From Felis catus (lineage: Eukaryota), in assembly GCF_018350175.1 (NCBI RefSeq), contig NC_058374.1:8122001-8186000 (forward strand): DNA of 64,000 nucleotides. Direction: 5' to 3'. Under the pieces are notes generated by a model that saw nothing but the letters and a program-made list of their open reading frames with translations, was not told the DNA's origin and did no database searches. A program made the position numbers and the translations under genes. Positions 13,204 through 26,561 of this stretch are shown piece after piece; position 1 is the first letter of the stretch; every line of letters begins with the position of its first letter.

Positions 13204-13631
13204 TCAAATCCAAGTTGAGAGCTGTCCTTGAAGAGCCCGTGATTTTATTAGCTGTTCCTTCTCTTGTCGTGAATTTTTCCTAGAACATTGAGCAATCAGC
13301 TTCGTATTCTACATTTTGAGAAGCAGCAGGGTCTGATCTTAGTAATAATGTAATATTTAATTATATTTTTAAAAGATTTAATTAATATTTGTTAAGTGCT
13401 TATTGGGTACCGGGTGCAGTGCTAAGCATTTTACACAAGTCAGCTCATTCGATAACAGCCACTTCATGAGGTCGGTATAATTGTTAAAACTATTTTAAGG
13501 GCCAGGGTTCTTCAGTCGGGGTTTGAATCTTGGTTTGGCCATGTATTAGCTGGCAGGCCATGCACAACTCAACCTCTCTGTGCCTCATATGTTACCCTAA
13601 ATGAGAAAATACTTAGAATAGTAGGCTTAGT

Positions 13632-13853
13632 GGAGGCACCTGGGTGGCTCCATAGGTTGGGCATCTGACTTCGGCTCAGGTCATGATCTCACAGTTTGTG
13701 AGCTGGGGCCCTGCGTCGGGTTCTGTGCGCACAGCTCAGAGCTTGGAGCCTGCTTCAGATTCTGTGTCTTTCTCTCTCTCTCTGCCCCTCCCCTACTCAT
13801 GCTCTGTCTCTGTCTCTCAAAAATAAGTAAATGTTAAAAAATTAAAAAAAAAA
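13632..13853 (+). mobile_element. Can-SINE (SINEC)
   Basis: ggaggcacctgggtggctc head, (CT)n tract, A-rich tail, flanking duplication. Confidence 0.95.
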
Positions 13854-13934
13854 GAATACTATGCTGAGAATACTTAGAATACTATGCTTAGTTTTTTTTT
13901 TTCTTCTTTTCCTTCAGAGAAGGCTTTCCTTGGA

Positions 13935-14090
13935 GTGGCTGTGTGCCTTTGGGACAGCTAGTTGATCTCTCTGGGCCTTTTTTCCTCATCACTGAAACAG
14001 TGATGCTATGGGAATGTGATAAAGATTAGTTGAGGTCATGAAAGGGAAAGTCTCAGCACAGAGCTGGACACGGAGTAAATTCTCATTGGT
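13935..14090 (+). mobile_element. MIR SINE
   Basis: gctgtgtgcctttgggacag...tttcctcatcactgaaacag...cagcacagagctggacacggagtaa. Confidence 0.65.
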
Positions 14091-14142
14091 GATTCTGTGT
14101 TATTAAGGAAGTCCTCCCTCATTCTTACACCTTCACTGATTC

Positions 14143-14144
<2 letters not shown>

Positions 14145-14188
<44 letters not shown>

Positions 14189-14368
14189 TTTGAAAGACAG
14201 AGAGAGTGAGTGGGGAAGAGCAGAGAGGGGGAGAGAGGGAATCCCAAGCAGGCTCCACACTGTAAGAGCAGAGGCCGACGTGGGTCTCGAACTCACCAAC
14301 TGTGAGATCGTGACCCGAGCTGAAGTTAAGAGTCAGACGATTAACCAACCGGGCCACCCGGGTACCCC
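14145..14368 (-). mobile_element. Can-SINE (SINEC_Fc2-like) with a (CA)n tail
   Basis: aatcccaagcaggctccacactg body; ~18-bp TSD acaccttcactgattctt (14127-14144) / acatcctcactgattctt (14369-14386). Confidence 0.95.
14147..14186. repeat. (GT)20 microsatellite
   Basis: Uninterrupted gt run. Confidence 0.95.
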
Positions 14369-14404
14369 ACATCCTCACTGATTCTTGAGGAAATAATAAT
14401 GTTT

Positions 14405-14670
14405 CTTCTTGTTTTTATTGAGATCGGATTGATGGTTAGCATTTGTAAGTTTAAGGTGTCCGATGTGTTGAGTTAATGCATTCATATATTGTAATGTGAT
14501 CACCACCAGTGTAGGCTTGCACCTCTATTGCATCAAATATCTCTTTTTTTGTGGTGAGGACGATTAGGATCTAGTCTTTTAGCAACTCTGAACTTTATGA
14601 TACAGTATTCTATTGCTCTGCTGGGCTGTTCAGAACTTACTTACCTACCGGTTGCAAGTTTGTACCCTTA
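14405..14670 (-). mobile_element. Old L1 3' end (L1MA-like)
   Basis: tttttattgagat...gtaagtttaaggtgt...tatattgtaatgtgatcaccacc...gcaagtttgtaccctt = antisense L1MA 3' terminus. Confidence 0.75.
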
Positions 14671-17312
14671 ATGTTTATTCTGTAATCTTCAAATATCAAT
14701 AGAATTCTTCGTGCGGTAGCATGCTTAACATTTTTTCCTCCTTTCTATCTAGACCCAAGCTCTGTTCAGTTTTTCCTTTCACTGTCCTTCCCTCTTCCCC
14801 TCCGCCTTCTGCCTGCCGTCAGTTAATTCCACTTGCATTTTCATAGCACAATTTCCTGGCACCTCCTGCCGCTCCAGTGCTCTGTTTTCTGTTTGGGTCC
14901 AAACAATGACATGAGGTTTACCATCAGTAAGTGCCTCTGAGCTTCGTTAGTGTGGCCAGCATCCCAAGAAAGCACTAGAGAGGATGCAAAAAATGGAAAT
15001 TAGACGCAGGAGAAGAAATTCAAAATATCAAAGTGCATTCATAGGCGATGGTAGGTTTTAAGCTTCCTGCCTTTAACTGAGAATTCCTGCTCACTTGGGG
15101 ATGCATGAAATACAACCGTGACCACTCATAATGGTTTCCCACCTCCTTCCTTCCTCATATCTGCTATTTCCTTCTCTTCTTCTTCCAGTTAAGCCCTCTG
15201 TCCCTTCTGTAAAATGGGGAAAAAGGGAAACCTTATTAGGCAGTTTCTTGAATTGTATTTTGAGATCGAAATTCTTTTGTGTATTTAACCAAGGTCTAAG
15301 CCAAGGGGTGAGTCTCTCGAATACTGTTACTAACCAATAATTAATAAATACTTAATACTTAAATGATTAATACATTCAAAAATGCCACCATTTCCATTCT
15401 ATTTTAGGCTGCTTACTCAGTTTCCCTTGCAGTAAAATGGTAAAATAACACTTCACTGTGGGATGTTCATTGTGGATTACAATGAATTCGTTCAGGTCTA
15501 TAAAGGGAATTGTAGCTGCTGTGAGTAAAACCATCACCATATTTCACACCGTGAAACATAGTTCTTCCTCCAAAGCAGGCTAATTCATAGCTGTCTTCCA
15601 GATCATTGGCTTTAATCACGGATCTCCTCTGTCATCATCTTCGACTCACGTCCTTGCCATCCCAAGGCCTCATTTGCTCAGACTTTACCAGCAATGGGCT
15701 TGTCACATCACCTCATTGAATGACAGAGATGCACTTTGCCCACACCCTCACATTTATCTTATGAAGAAAGTTATCACATTCGTTACAAGCGAATATTTAG
15801 AATCGACACGTGGCCTCCTGAGAGTGATACTTAAAACCTTTACAGAGAACTTATATTCAAAATACATCAGCAGCTATAAAAAATGTACGACGTAGCAGAA
15901 TTCCTTCTTAGGAAGCAAAGCTCTTGGTGTAGGTACAGTTCAACCAATATCCAATGACATGAGCTTGTGTTGACCAGTCTCCTTGCCTGTGAAATGGGAA
16001 GAATGATATTGCGTCCAATAACTTCACTGGGATAGTTTGACAGTCCAAGAACATAAAGTATGTGCATGTTGGGGGAAACTTTTGCCACCCACAAATCTGT
16101 AAGCCCGTGACGGGTATTACTAGGATCCCGGCTATTATCTAGACATCTCAAGCAATGGAAAAGATTTGAATGCTCCTGAGATGGTTACTGCTGGATTCTT
16201 GCTTCATGGTTCCTGGGAAGGGAGAGGCCTAGAAGTGAATTCTCAAGTTATCTCAAAGAGCCTTGCACCAGGACAGGAAGGATCTTAATGTTCTCGCTTA
16301 ACTTTCTAAAAACGTGTTCTTCTGAAAGGTATTGGAGACAAAGTGGATAGTTCGGTCAGCCATGAAAATGTATAAAAATCATGTGTTCTTTTTTTTTAAG
16401 CAAAGTAATTTTTTTTTTTGAAGTGGGTGCTAGGGAAGAAGAGAAGACAGGATTCACTGAATTCAGTTAAGATCGGTTTGACAAGATAATTTTAGTTTAT
16501 ATGCACTGTCCATGAATTTGGGGCAGAAAGTTGGGATATGTACAACTGGTTTGAGAAAATGGGACAATCTCCCCAGCCAGGAAAAGCTGAGAAATTTAAG
16601 GGACAAATATAATTCATGCTATCGAATGCATCACTTCTTCCTGGGTTCCTTTCATCCTGCCTATATGTGCAAATTGGGGTGTTAAAGCAATTATATGAAT
16701 AACACTGTCCCCCAAAGCATTTCATCTGAAATAACACCTGAGGTAAGGTGACTTTTACGTTGCTGTCACTATTGTGGTTGACATTATGTATCTAGATAGT
16801 GATTTGAGTTCTTAGACTTTCGCTGCTGAGTCTGGTGATAGAAATGACTACTGAGGAAGGGTTCCTGAATCATCAAGGAATTCAGTTTTTTATTTCCAAG
16901 GTTACCACCCAAAGAGATGACGCTACGTCTCGTTTTACACAAGGATGTCCCATTGGGTCTTAAAGGTGATCCTGACATTTAATGAAGGTTCTTGCCCTTC
17001 TTTTAGAAGTTTCCTCTTTGGCTTAAAGCTTATGTGACCAGCAGGTATCATCTGGTATAATGATATATGGTATAATAATAATGAAATAATAACTTAATAG
17101 TTGGATTCTGTGCTTTCATGTATATTATTTGATTTGATGCCCCTAATGGTTAGGTAATAACCTTTATTTTACAGTTGACAGATCAGGCCTGGAAAATTTG
17201 AATGACTTTCTGAATGTCAAATATGGGGCAGATTTTATGATTTCAAATTAAGTGCTTTTCCTTCCACTCTGCCGTTCTGACCTCTTGTGCCTTGTCTTTG
17301 GGCCATTGTCTT

Positions 17313-17545
17313 TTTTTAAAAATTTTTTAATGTTTATTTATTTTTGAGACAGAGAGAGAGAAAGAGAGAGAGACAGAGTGTGAGTGGGGGAGGAGCAGAG
17401 AGAGAGGGAGACCCAGAATCTGAAGCAGGCTCCAGGCTCTGAGCTGTCAGCACAGAGCCCGACATGGGGCTCCCACCCACGAACCGTGAGATCATGACCT
17501 ACGCCCAAGTGGGACGCTTAACCGACTGAGCCACCCAGGCGTCCC
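17313..17545 (-). mobile_element. Can-SINE (SINEC)
   Basis: Full antisense body; perfect 14-bp TSD tgggccattgtctt (17299-17312 / 17546-17559). Confidence 0.97.
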
Positions 17546-17589
17546 TGGGCCATTGTCTTGATTGGTAATCACCCTCCCCGCCACCGCCC

Positions 17590-18440
17590 CAGTTTAATTG
17601 ACCTGCAGCACTGTGTTAAGTTTAAAGCGTATAGCCTGATGGCTTGACTTACCTATATCGTGAATGATTACCGTGGTAAGTTTAGCTAGCCTCCATCATC
17701 TCATATAGATACAATACAGAGAAGAAGAAAAGAAAAAAATTTTCTCCTTGTGATGAGGACTCATGGGACCTACTTTCTTAACAAGTTCCCTGTACGTCAC
17801 CCAGCAGTGTCGGCTGTGGTCATCATGCTGTCCGTTCCTTCCCCAGGACTAGTTTATTTATCTTATAACTGGAAGTCTGTACTTTTTGATCGCTGTCCCT
17901 CGACTATCCCTTCCCCTCAAAACCCTGCCTCTGGCAACCACACCTCTGTTCTCTTTTTCTATGGGTTTGTTGTTGTCGTTNNNNNNNNNNNNNNNNNNNN
18001 NNNNNNNNNNNNNNNNNNNNNNNNNNNNNNNNNNNNNNNNNNNNNNNNNNNNNNNNNNNNNNNNNNNNNNNNNNNNNNNNNNNNNNNNNNNNNNNNNNNN
18101 NNNNNNNNNNNNCGTATGTATGTGCTGCAACGTTTTTATTCATTCACTGATATACACAGGTTATTTCCATGTCTTGGCTATTAATAAATAATGCTGCTAT
18201 AAATGCGGGTGGGGAGGGCAGATATTTTTTACGGTTACTCTTTTCATTCTCTTTGGGTAAATACCCAGAAGGAAATTTCTAGATCATAGGGTAGCTCTAT
18301 TTTGGATTTTTTGAGGAAACTTCATACTGTTTTCCACACACAGTGGCTGCCCCAATTTATATTCCTACCAACAGTGCACGAGGTTCCCTTTTCACCACAT
18401 CGTCATTAACGTTTGTTACCTCTTGTCTTTTTGGTGGTAG
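17590..18440 (-). mobile_element. L1MA9-like 3' end, interrupted by N gap 17981-18112
   Basis: ttataactggaagtctgtactttttga; aataatgctgctataaat; tttttgaggaaacttcatactgttttccac; cctaccaacagtgcacgaggttcccttttc. Confidence 0.85.
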
Positions 18441-19812
18441 TTGATGGCCAGTTCTCATCTGAATCCCAAACCAGACTTCTAACATTATTCTCTTTTACCT
18501 CATCCTTTTCAGTTGCCCACTCCATCAAGCCTTTCTTCCATCTCTTACTTTCCAGACCCTACTCCCGAACCTACTGAAATTGTCCTTAAGAAGAAAATCC
18601 TAGATGGCCCTGTTGATCACCTCATCTCTAAATATTGCTCCCAAAACTTCTTATTACCTTGAGTTTCCATTCAATCTATCTCATTCACCTACACCTTCCA
18701 GATATCGAGCAAGGGAAGAAAACACGGATTAGAACAGGTGGGTGGATATTGCGAGCGCAAATAGATGTTATGAGACAGAACAAAAAGAGGGAAGTTTGGG
18801 CTGAAATGATTGTGTCGCCAGCTGAGGAAGGTGGGACAAGGGATAGTAGGGATGCAGCCAGCAGTCCACGTGACACAGACCAAACAGATGTCAGGGTCAG
18901 GGTATTGATTAGCTGAGATTTCTCTCGGGAAACAATGTGGGCAGTGATGGGGGGGGGCTCTAACCCTTCTGGGGGTACTGGTATAGACTTGGGATTTTAA
19001 TCCATATGTAATGCAACCTCTTCAGTACCAAGATGGGGGGCTTACCAAGTATTTATTTGTTGGCTGGTCCATTTGTTTTATGCCGAGTAATCCTATGCAG
19101 AGATGCTCTTTTGACTCCAAATATGTTTGTAGCAGTTCCTCTGCAAACGTATCCTTCATTACACATGTATCTTTTTTAAAGACAATAATTTATCTTATGT
19201 TTTAACTGTAAAAATTCCAAATGATCCTACGCCCCACAACAAGGCTTCTTGCCAGTTCTGTTCTCCTGGGTTGATGTTGAGCCACTGACAACCGCTCTCC
19301 GGACGCCTCTGCCCAGTCAGCTGTGCACCCANNNNNNNNNNNNNNNNNNNNNNNNNNNNNNNNNNNNNNNNNNNNNNNNNNNNNNNNNNNNNNNNNNNNN
19401 NNNNNNNNNNNNNNNNNNNNNNNNNNNNNNNNNNNNNNNNNNNNNNNNNNNNNNNNNNNNNNNNNNNNNNNNNNNNNNNNNNNNNNNNNNNNNNNNNNNN
19501 NNNNNNNNNNNNNNNNNNNNNNNNNNNNNNNNNNNAGTCTGTTATGCTCTTCTAGGTGATTGCAAATTGATCATTTTGATGATTTATCTTAGCAACTTTC
19601 CAGGCACTGTGTTTTCGGCTGACCAGTATTTCTTTTTCCTTCTTCTAAAGATGGACATTACACGTGCCCTTTTCTCTTCTTTAAGAAGACACGTTTGATT
19701 GTTTTAGCATGGCTGACGGAAGTCTGACAACATATTTTAAAACATTCATTTACGTATTGTTACAATCCATCATTTGTGTACTTTTCAACAATGGACTGTT
19801 AATTCAGGATAT

Positions 19813-20360
19813 AGTCATTCATTCCCTCTAACTCTGTATTTAGTCACTTGGTATTTATTGAGAATCTAGGACCTGAAAAAGCAATAAGTATGCAGACAAT
19901 GAATTCAGAGGCCTCTTGAGAAATTTATCGTCAAGCGCGGGAGACATACAGGTAAAGAGATGATTAAAATATAGTCCTGAAAGCACTGTGATGGGGGCAG
20001 GTAAGATGTAATGCTACAGTCAGCATTTAAATTAGGGAAGCTTCCTGGAGGAGGTGACGTCTAAACTGAGTTCTCATACCTGAGCAGGAGTTTGTGGGTG
20101 TTAGATAGGGAGAGTGATGGGATGAGACAGTATAGTAGAGAGGAAGGGAGTCTGGGCAGAAGGACTAGAATTCACAAGCTACAGCTCTGAGGATGCAGTG
20201 ACTGTGGGGGTGCGTGACATGTAAGCCATGAGAGCATTGATTTTCTGGGTCTAGGCATTGGGGAAGCAGGATTGTAAGACAGTTGGAGAGGATGGCATTG
20301 GCAGGCTATGAAGATCCTGATGGCAACAAAATAACCTTGGGATTCTTCTGGAGTGCAGCC
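19813..20360 (-). mobile_element. L2 LINE fragment
   Basis: tcattcattc...gtatttattgagaatcta and agggaagcttcctggaggaggtgacgtctaaactgag are typical antisense L2 3' motifs. Confidence 0.65.
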
Positions 20361-20411
20361 AAGGGCACAATAACCTCATTCAGCTATTTTTTTCTCGAAT
20401 TTCCCTCATTT

Positions 20412-20658
20412 TATTTATTTATTTATTTATTTATTCATTCATTTATTCATTCATTCGTTTATTTATTTTTGTGTGTGTGAGAGAGAGCACACATGCGTGG
20501 GAGAGGGGCAGAGACAGAGGGAGACAGAGGATCCGGAGCAGGTTCCAGGCTCTGAGCTGCCAGCACAGAGCCCGATGCGGGGCTCGAACTCACGAACCGT
20601 GAGATCATGACCTGAGCTGAAGTTGGATGCTTAACTAACTGAACCACCCAGACGCCCC
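20412..20658 (-). mobile_element. Can-SINE with a compound (TAAA)n/(TGAA)n tail
   Basis: Antisense body; degenerate TSD gaatttccctcatttt / gaattcccatcatttt. Confidence 0.95.
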
Positions 20659-21649
20659 TGAATTCCCATCATTTTAATAATGTGGATTGTCTTAAGTACC
20701 AAAAGGAGGTAGAAAAAAATTTAGGATAAAATCTTACTCCTAAAGTACCTTGCAAACTACTCCAAGGGTGCGGACTTAAAACACAAAACAATTAAATTAC
20801 AATATAGGTAGTTTAAGTAAGGGCCACCTAAATATCTCAGAGGAGAGCTACGGGGAGTTCAGAGAGAGCAATGTTGAGATTGCATTTATCTATCTTATTT
20901 AAATCAAGGATGAATTGAGAAGCATCTCTGGCCTCAATTATTTGGGAAGATTACAAACAACATGCACTCAAATTATAAATAATACTTATATTCCTACAAT
21001 TGTTCACTACCAGCCACAAGCTTAGTTTGCCCGTATTCTTAGTCCCCCCTGCCATAGTAACAATTGAAAACAAAACAAAACAAAACAAAGACAAGTGAAA
21101 AAAGAGTTACCCTTTTTGATAATGATAAATTAAATATTTCAAACCACTTCCCTGCTGAGAAAAAACAGATTAGTTGGAAAAAGAAAAGTCTTAAAAGTCT
21201 ATTCAAATGTGCTGGAGAGAAGACAAATAAGAGATAAGTAATTGAACCAGGATTTAGGAGAGGAAGCAGGTTTAGGGTAATAACCTCAATATTTGGGGCT
21301 GTTTTGAATCATACTGTTTTTCCCTTTTGATAATCCAAATATGGAAACAGTAAGTCCCATCTTTGACAGTCTTGCAGAGCTAAGGATGAGGTAGTGATGA
21401 GCAAGACTGACTCAAGCTATGAACACCTGTGAACAACTCTTGCTTTGGTTAAGACTCTGAGGGTTGCATCCTGGGAATATGGATGAATCCATGGTACGTC
21501 CTACAAACAGAAAAGCCCAGATTTGTACCATCTTAATCTCTAGCATTGGGTTGACTTTCCTGGAGTATTTCTACTTCCAGATACCTTTCAGACTCAAACA
21601 TGTAGATTCTTTCTGCAAAAAGATGACATTGATTTTGGTCTTCAATCAT

Positions 21650-22850
21650 TTCTAGAATAAATTGAATGTGAAAGGACAAAACAACATGAAGCGAAACCAG
21701 TAGAAGTTTCGGATCACCGAATTGCACCCATAGGAGCTCCAGATATTGGAATATTCAAACATAGATCTTAAAGGAGTTCTACTTTTTATGTTTAAAGAGA
21801 TAAAAGATAATGGATGGGGTTCCTGGGTGGCTCAGTTGGTTGAGTATCTGACCCTTGATTTCGGTTCAGGTCATTATCCCAGGGTTGTGGGATAGAGCCC
21901 TGGGACAGGCTCCATGCTGGTCACGGAGCCTGCTTGGATTCTCTCTCTCTCTTTCCCTCTGCCCCTCCACCCCACTTGTGCTCTCTCTGTCTAAAAATAA
22001 AATAAAATAAAATAAAAAATGACAATAATTATTTTAAAGAGATAAAAGATAATTGAGAATTTTGTTAGAGAATTGGGAAGGGTAACAAGAATTCAAATAA
22101 AGGCTCTAGAAAGTTTTCATATGTGATTTTAATAGCATATCATATTTTAGTTATATAGTGGATAAGATACAGCAGAAAAAAAGATAAAGGATTATGATGC
22201 AAATTCAATAAGCCTTATAAACTCCATGCAGAATAACTAAGAAGAAAATCACACCAAGAAAACTCACACCTAAGCCAGAGGAGGGGAAAAAGAAACAGAT
22301 TGCATTTAAAGGAATAACTATTCTACTGGAAACTGAGTTCTCAATAGGAAAATAAATCAGAAGACAATAGAATAACATATTTAAAATGGGGGGAAGTAAC
22401 TGGCAACCCAAACATCTATATTCAGTGAAAACATCCTTCAGGAATAAAACGTATTTTCAGACAAAAACAAAGATAATTCATCATCAGTAGAACAGCAGTA
22501 TGGATATACTAAAGATTATTCTCCAAGTAGGTGGAAAATTATTCTAGAATGAAGGTCAGAAATTTGGTAAGAAATAAAAGAATTAAAAAAAATGACAAAT
22601 GTGAGGATATATCCTATATTGGTTGATTAAAATCATAATAATGTCCTGTGAATGTTAAAGTATGTGTAGAATGAAGACACATGATAGTAATGTCATATTA
22701 GTTGTAGAGGTGATTGAGTTAAAAATGTTTCAAGATAATTGCATTGTCTAAAAAGAATTGTAAAAATGCCAGTTATATTAGAGTTAGCTAAGTCAACTGT
22801 GCAAAGTAGAATCTCTGATATAACTACAAGAAAATATATAAGAGAGTGTA
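21650..22850 (+). mobile_element. Ancient L1 (L1M/L1ME-like) 5' and ORF1 remnant
   Basis: A-rich; agaagacaatagaataacatatttaaaatg...caacccaaacatctatattcagtgaaaacatccttcagg resembles decayed ORF1 C-terminus. Confidence 0.65.
21816..22032 (+). mobile_element. Can-SINE (older subfamily)
   Basis: ggggttcctgggtggctcagttgg head; 21-bp flanking repeat tttaaagagataaaagataat (21791-21811 / 22033-22053). Confidence 0.93.
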
Positions 22851-24621
22851 ACTAGGTGAACCTAAAGGCATAGCAATAGAAACTATAAAAAATAAAACAC
22901 AGAGAACAAAGCCTGGGGAAAAAGTAAATGGAAGATCAATAGTCAATGGAAAAGTTAAAAGAGGCTAATATATATGTAGTTTAAGTCTCGTGTAAAGGAG
23001 AAGAGAGGGAAGGGCAGAAAAATATTTGAAAAAATAATGGCTAAATTTTTTTTCTAATTTGATGAAAATAGTAAACCCAGAAATAGAAGGAGGTACAAGA
23101 AACTCCAATTACAAAAACATGAGGGAAAAAAAAGAGAGAAAACAAAATTAAAAAAATACCAAATTAACTCAAAAGAAGGCAAAGTGAGAACAAAGAATAC
23201 TTAAGACAAACATAAAACAAGTAAAAAAAAAATGAAACTTAATCCCAATATAACAATAAACACATTAAATGTAAATGGCATAAATCCCTTAATCAAAAGA
23301 CAAAGATGATAAAACTGGAATGAAAAAGCAGGCCCCAACTATATTCTTCCTATAAGAAGACAATTTTTAATATAAAGACACAAATAGGTTAAAAGTAAAA
23401 TAATGGAAACAGGAATTCAATGCTAAAATGAATCAGAAAAAAGTCAGAATAATTATATAAATATCAGAAAAAGTAATTTTCAGAGGAAAGAATAAAAACT
23501 TAAAAGGTCAATTCTTAATGGTAAAGGGGCCAATTAATCATGAGGACATAAAATTTTAAATATTTGTGCACTTATTGACAGGGCTTCAAATTATATAAGG
23601 TAAAAATTACTAGGCTTGCAAAGAGAAATAGATAAATTCACAAATATAGTCAGAGGTTTCAATCATAGATAGAAAGTAGAAAGAAAATCACTAAAAATTA
23701 TATTTGACTTGAACAACACTATCAACCAATTTAATTTATATTTACAGAAATACTTTCAATCAACCTAGTTAACAGTTTCAGAAAACTCTACCAAGAACAA
23801 ATGAACACACATGGTTCCCCACCAACTCCCCAGGAATCACAGAACATTTTCCAGATAGACCATGTTATGAGGATAAAATAAATTTCAAAAAGTGTAAAAT
23901 GATTAAAGTTATATAAACAGTATTCTATGACTACACTGAAACTAAATAAAAAAGCAACAAAGAGTTTTGGAAAATTCTTAGGTATTTGGAAATGAAAGAA
24001 TATATTCTTAAGTAACTCATGGGTCAAATAAGAAATAAAACTAAGTAGAAAATATTTTGAATTGAATTAAAATGAAAACACAAGATTTAAAAACTTGTGT
24101 GACACAGCCAAAGCAGAACTTAGAAGAAAATGTATAGCAATGAGCACAAATTAGAAAAGAGGAAAGATCATAAGTCAATGGCTTTGGCTTCTAAATTAAG
24201 AAATGAGAAGAGAAAGGACAAATGAAACTCAAAGTAAGCCCAAGATAAGAAATAAATCAAAGAAACAGGAAATAGAAAAACAATAGAGAAAAATCAGTAA
24301 AACCAAAAGCAAGTTCTTGGAGAAGATCAATAATACTTATAAAAGCCTTTATTCATGTCAGTTAGGAAATAAAAGAAAATACAAATTACCAATATCAGAA
24401 ATGAGAAAAATGACATCTTTTTAGTTTCTGCATGTATTAAAAGAAAAAAAATATGAGAGCATTATGAAGCATCTTAAGATATTAAATTTGAAAACTTAAA
24501 AGTATGGGACAAATTCTTGAAAGACATAAACTACCAAAGCTCACTAAGGAAGAAACGTATAATCTGCATATGTTTTTATCAATTAAAAGAATTCAGCTGC
24601 AATTAAAAAAACTTTATCTTT

Positions 24622-24841
24622 TTAAAAAAATTTTTGTTAATGTTTATTTCTTTTTGAGAGAGAGAGACAGAGCGCAAGCAAGGGAGGGGCAGAGAGAGAG
24701 GGGGAGACACAGAATCCAAAACAGGCTCCAGGCTCTGTGATGTCAGCCCAGAGCCCGACTCGGGGCTTGAACTCATGAACCGCAAGATCATGACCCGAGC
24801 TGAAGTCGGACACTTAACTGACTGAGCCACCCAGGTGCCCC
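24622..24841 (-). mobile_element. Can-SINE (SINEC)
   Basis: Antisense body; TSD core ctttatcttt on both sides. Confidence 0.95.
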
Positions 24842-25388
24842 AAAAGACCTTTATCTTTAAACATCCTATAGAAAACATCATACTTATAATAGAACACTCC
24901 ATGTTTATTCTCTTAAAGATTAAGAACAAAATAAGGACTTTCACTTTGACCACTCTGACTTAACATTGATTGTACTGAAGATTCTAGACAATGTAATAGG
25001 CAAGGCAAGGAAAAGGCATCCAGATTGGGAAGAAAGAAGTAAAACTGAGTTTATTTGCATATGTGTAGAAAACCCTGTTTATAAAAAAAGCTACTAGAAA
25101 TAATTGGTGCATTTAGTAAGGTTGCATAATATATGATCAATGCATAAAGATCAATTACATTACTCAATACTGGTGATGATCAACTAGAAATTGAAATAAA
25201 AATACTGTTTACAACAATATGAAAAATATAAGAAATGAAACACTTAAGGNNNNNNNNNNNNNNNNNNNNNNNNNNNNNNNNNNNNNNNNNNNNNNNNNNN
25301 NNNNNNNNNNNNNNNNNNNNNNNNNNNNNNNNNNNNNNNNNNNNNNNNNNNNNNNNNNNNNNNNNNNNNNNNNNNNNTTATCATCTAG

Positions 25389-25761
25389 TGTATTAGTTTG
25401 CATGGACTGCTATAAAAAAATACCGTAGACTAGGTGGCTTAAACAACAGAAATTTATTTCCCACCTTTCTGAAGACTGGCAGGTCCAAGATCAAGGTGAT
25501 GGCTGACTCAGTTTCTGGCAAGAGCTCTCTTTCTGGCCTGTAGGTGCTACCTTCTTATTGTATCTTCACATGGTAGAGAGTTTGCAGGTTCTTTGGTATC
25601 TTTTCTCATAAGAAAACTAATCATCTTGGATCAGGGCCCCTACTCTTAAGCTCACATTTGACCTTAATTACCTCCTTATAATCCCTATCTCCAAATATAG
25701 TTATGTTGGGTATTAGAGCTTCAATATATGAACAGAGTGGGGCATAATTAAGTCCATAGCA
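25389..25761 (-). mobile_element. MaLR solo LTR (MLT1A-like)
   Basis: TG...CA termini; taggtggcttaaacaacagaaatttattt, gtccaagatcaaggtg, gaccttaattacctcc, agtccatagca; degenerate 5-bp TSD tctag/cctgg. Confidence 0.88.
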
Positions 25762-26561
25762 CCTGGGGTTAAGCAAAGATTTCTTAGACACAATGCCAAA
25801 AGTATGATTCATAAAAGAAAAAAAGTTGATAAATTATAATCCATCAAAATTAAAACTTTGTGCTCTTTGAAAAATACTATTAAGAAAATGGAAAACAAGC
25901 CATGGAGCAGAAGAATTTTCAAATCATGTATCTTTTAAGGGTTTATATTCAGAATAGATAAAGAACTTTCACAATTCAATAATAAGAAAGGAAGCCATCC
26001 AACAAAAAAGAAATGGGCAAACGACCTGAATAGACACTTCCCAAAGAGGATATGAAAATCGGAAACAGATATATGAAAAGATGTTCTACATCATTAATTA
26101 TTAAGGAATTGCAAATTAAAACCTCAATTAGATAAGACTACACACTTACTAGAATGGCTAAGATTAAAAAGACTGGTGTGGCTGTGGAACAATTGGAGGT
26201 CTCATGCATTGCTTGTAGAATAATACAAAATGATTCTGATATGAAAACTGGCTTAATGATTTTCAAATGCCTACCATACACTCCATCCATTTCACTTACA
26301 GGCAACTATGCGTGAAAAATGAAAGCATATGCCCACACAAAGACTTGTACACAAATGTTCTTAGTAACCCAAATGCCCATCAACCGGTAAATAGATAAAG
26401 AAATTGTGGTATAGCCATACATGCAATATTCCTCAACAATATAATGGATGATTATTCACACATGAAACAACATGAATGAATATCAAAACAAAAATGGTGA
26501 GGGAATGAAGCCAGATTTTAAAAAGTACATACTATATGAACTCATTAATAGTAAAATTCTA

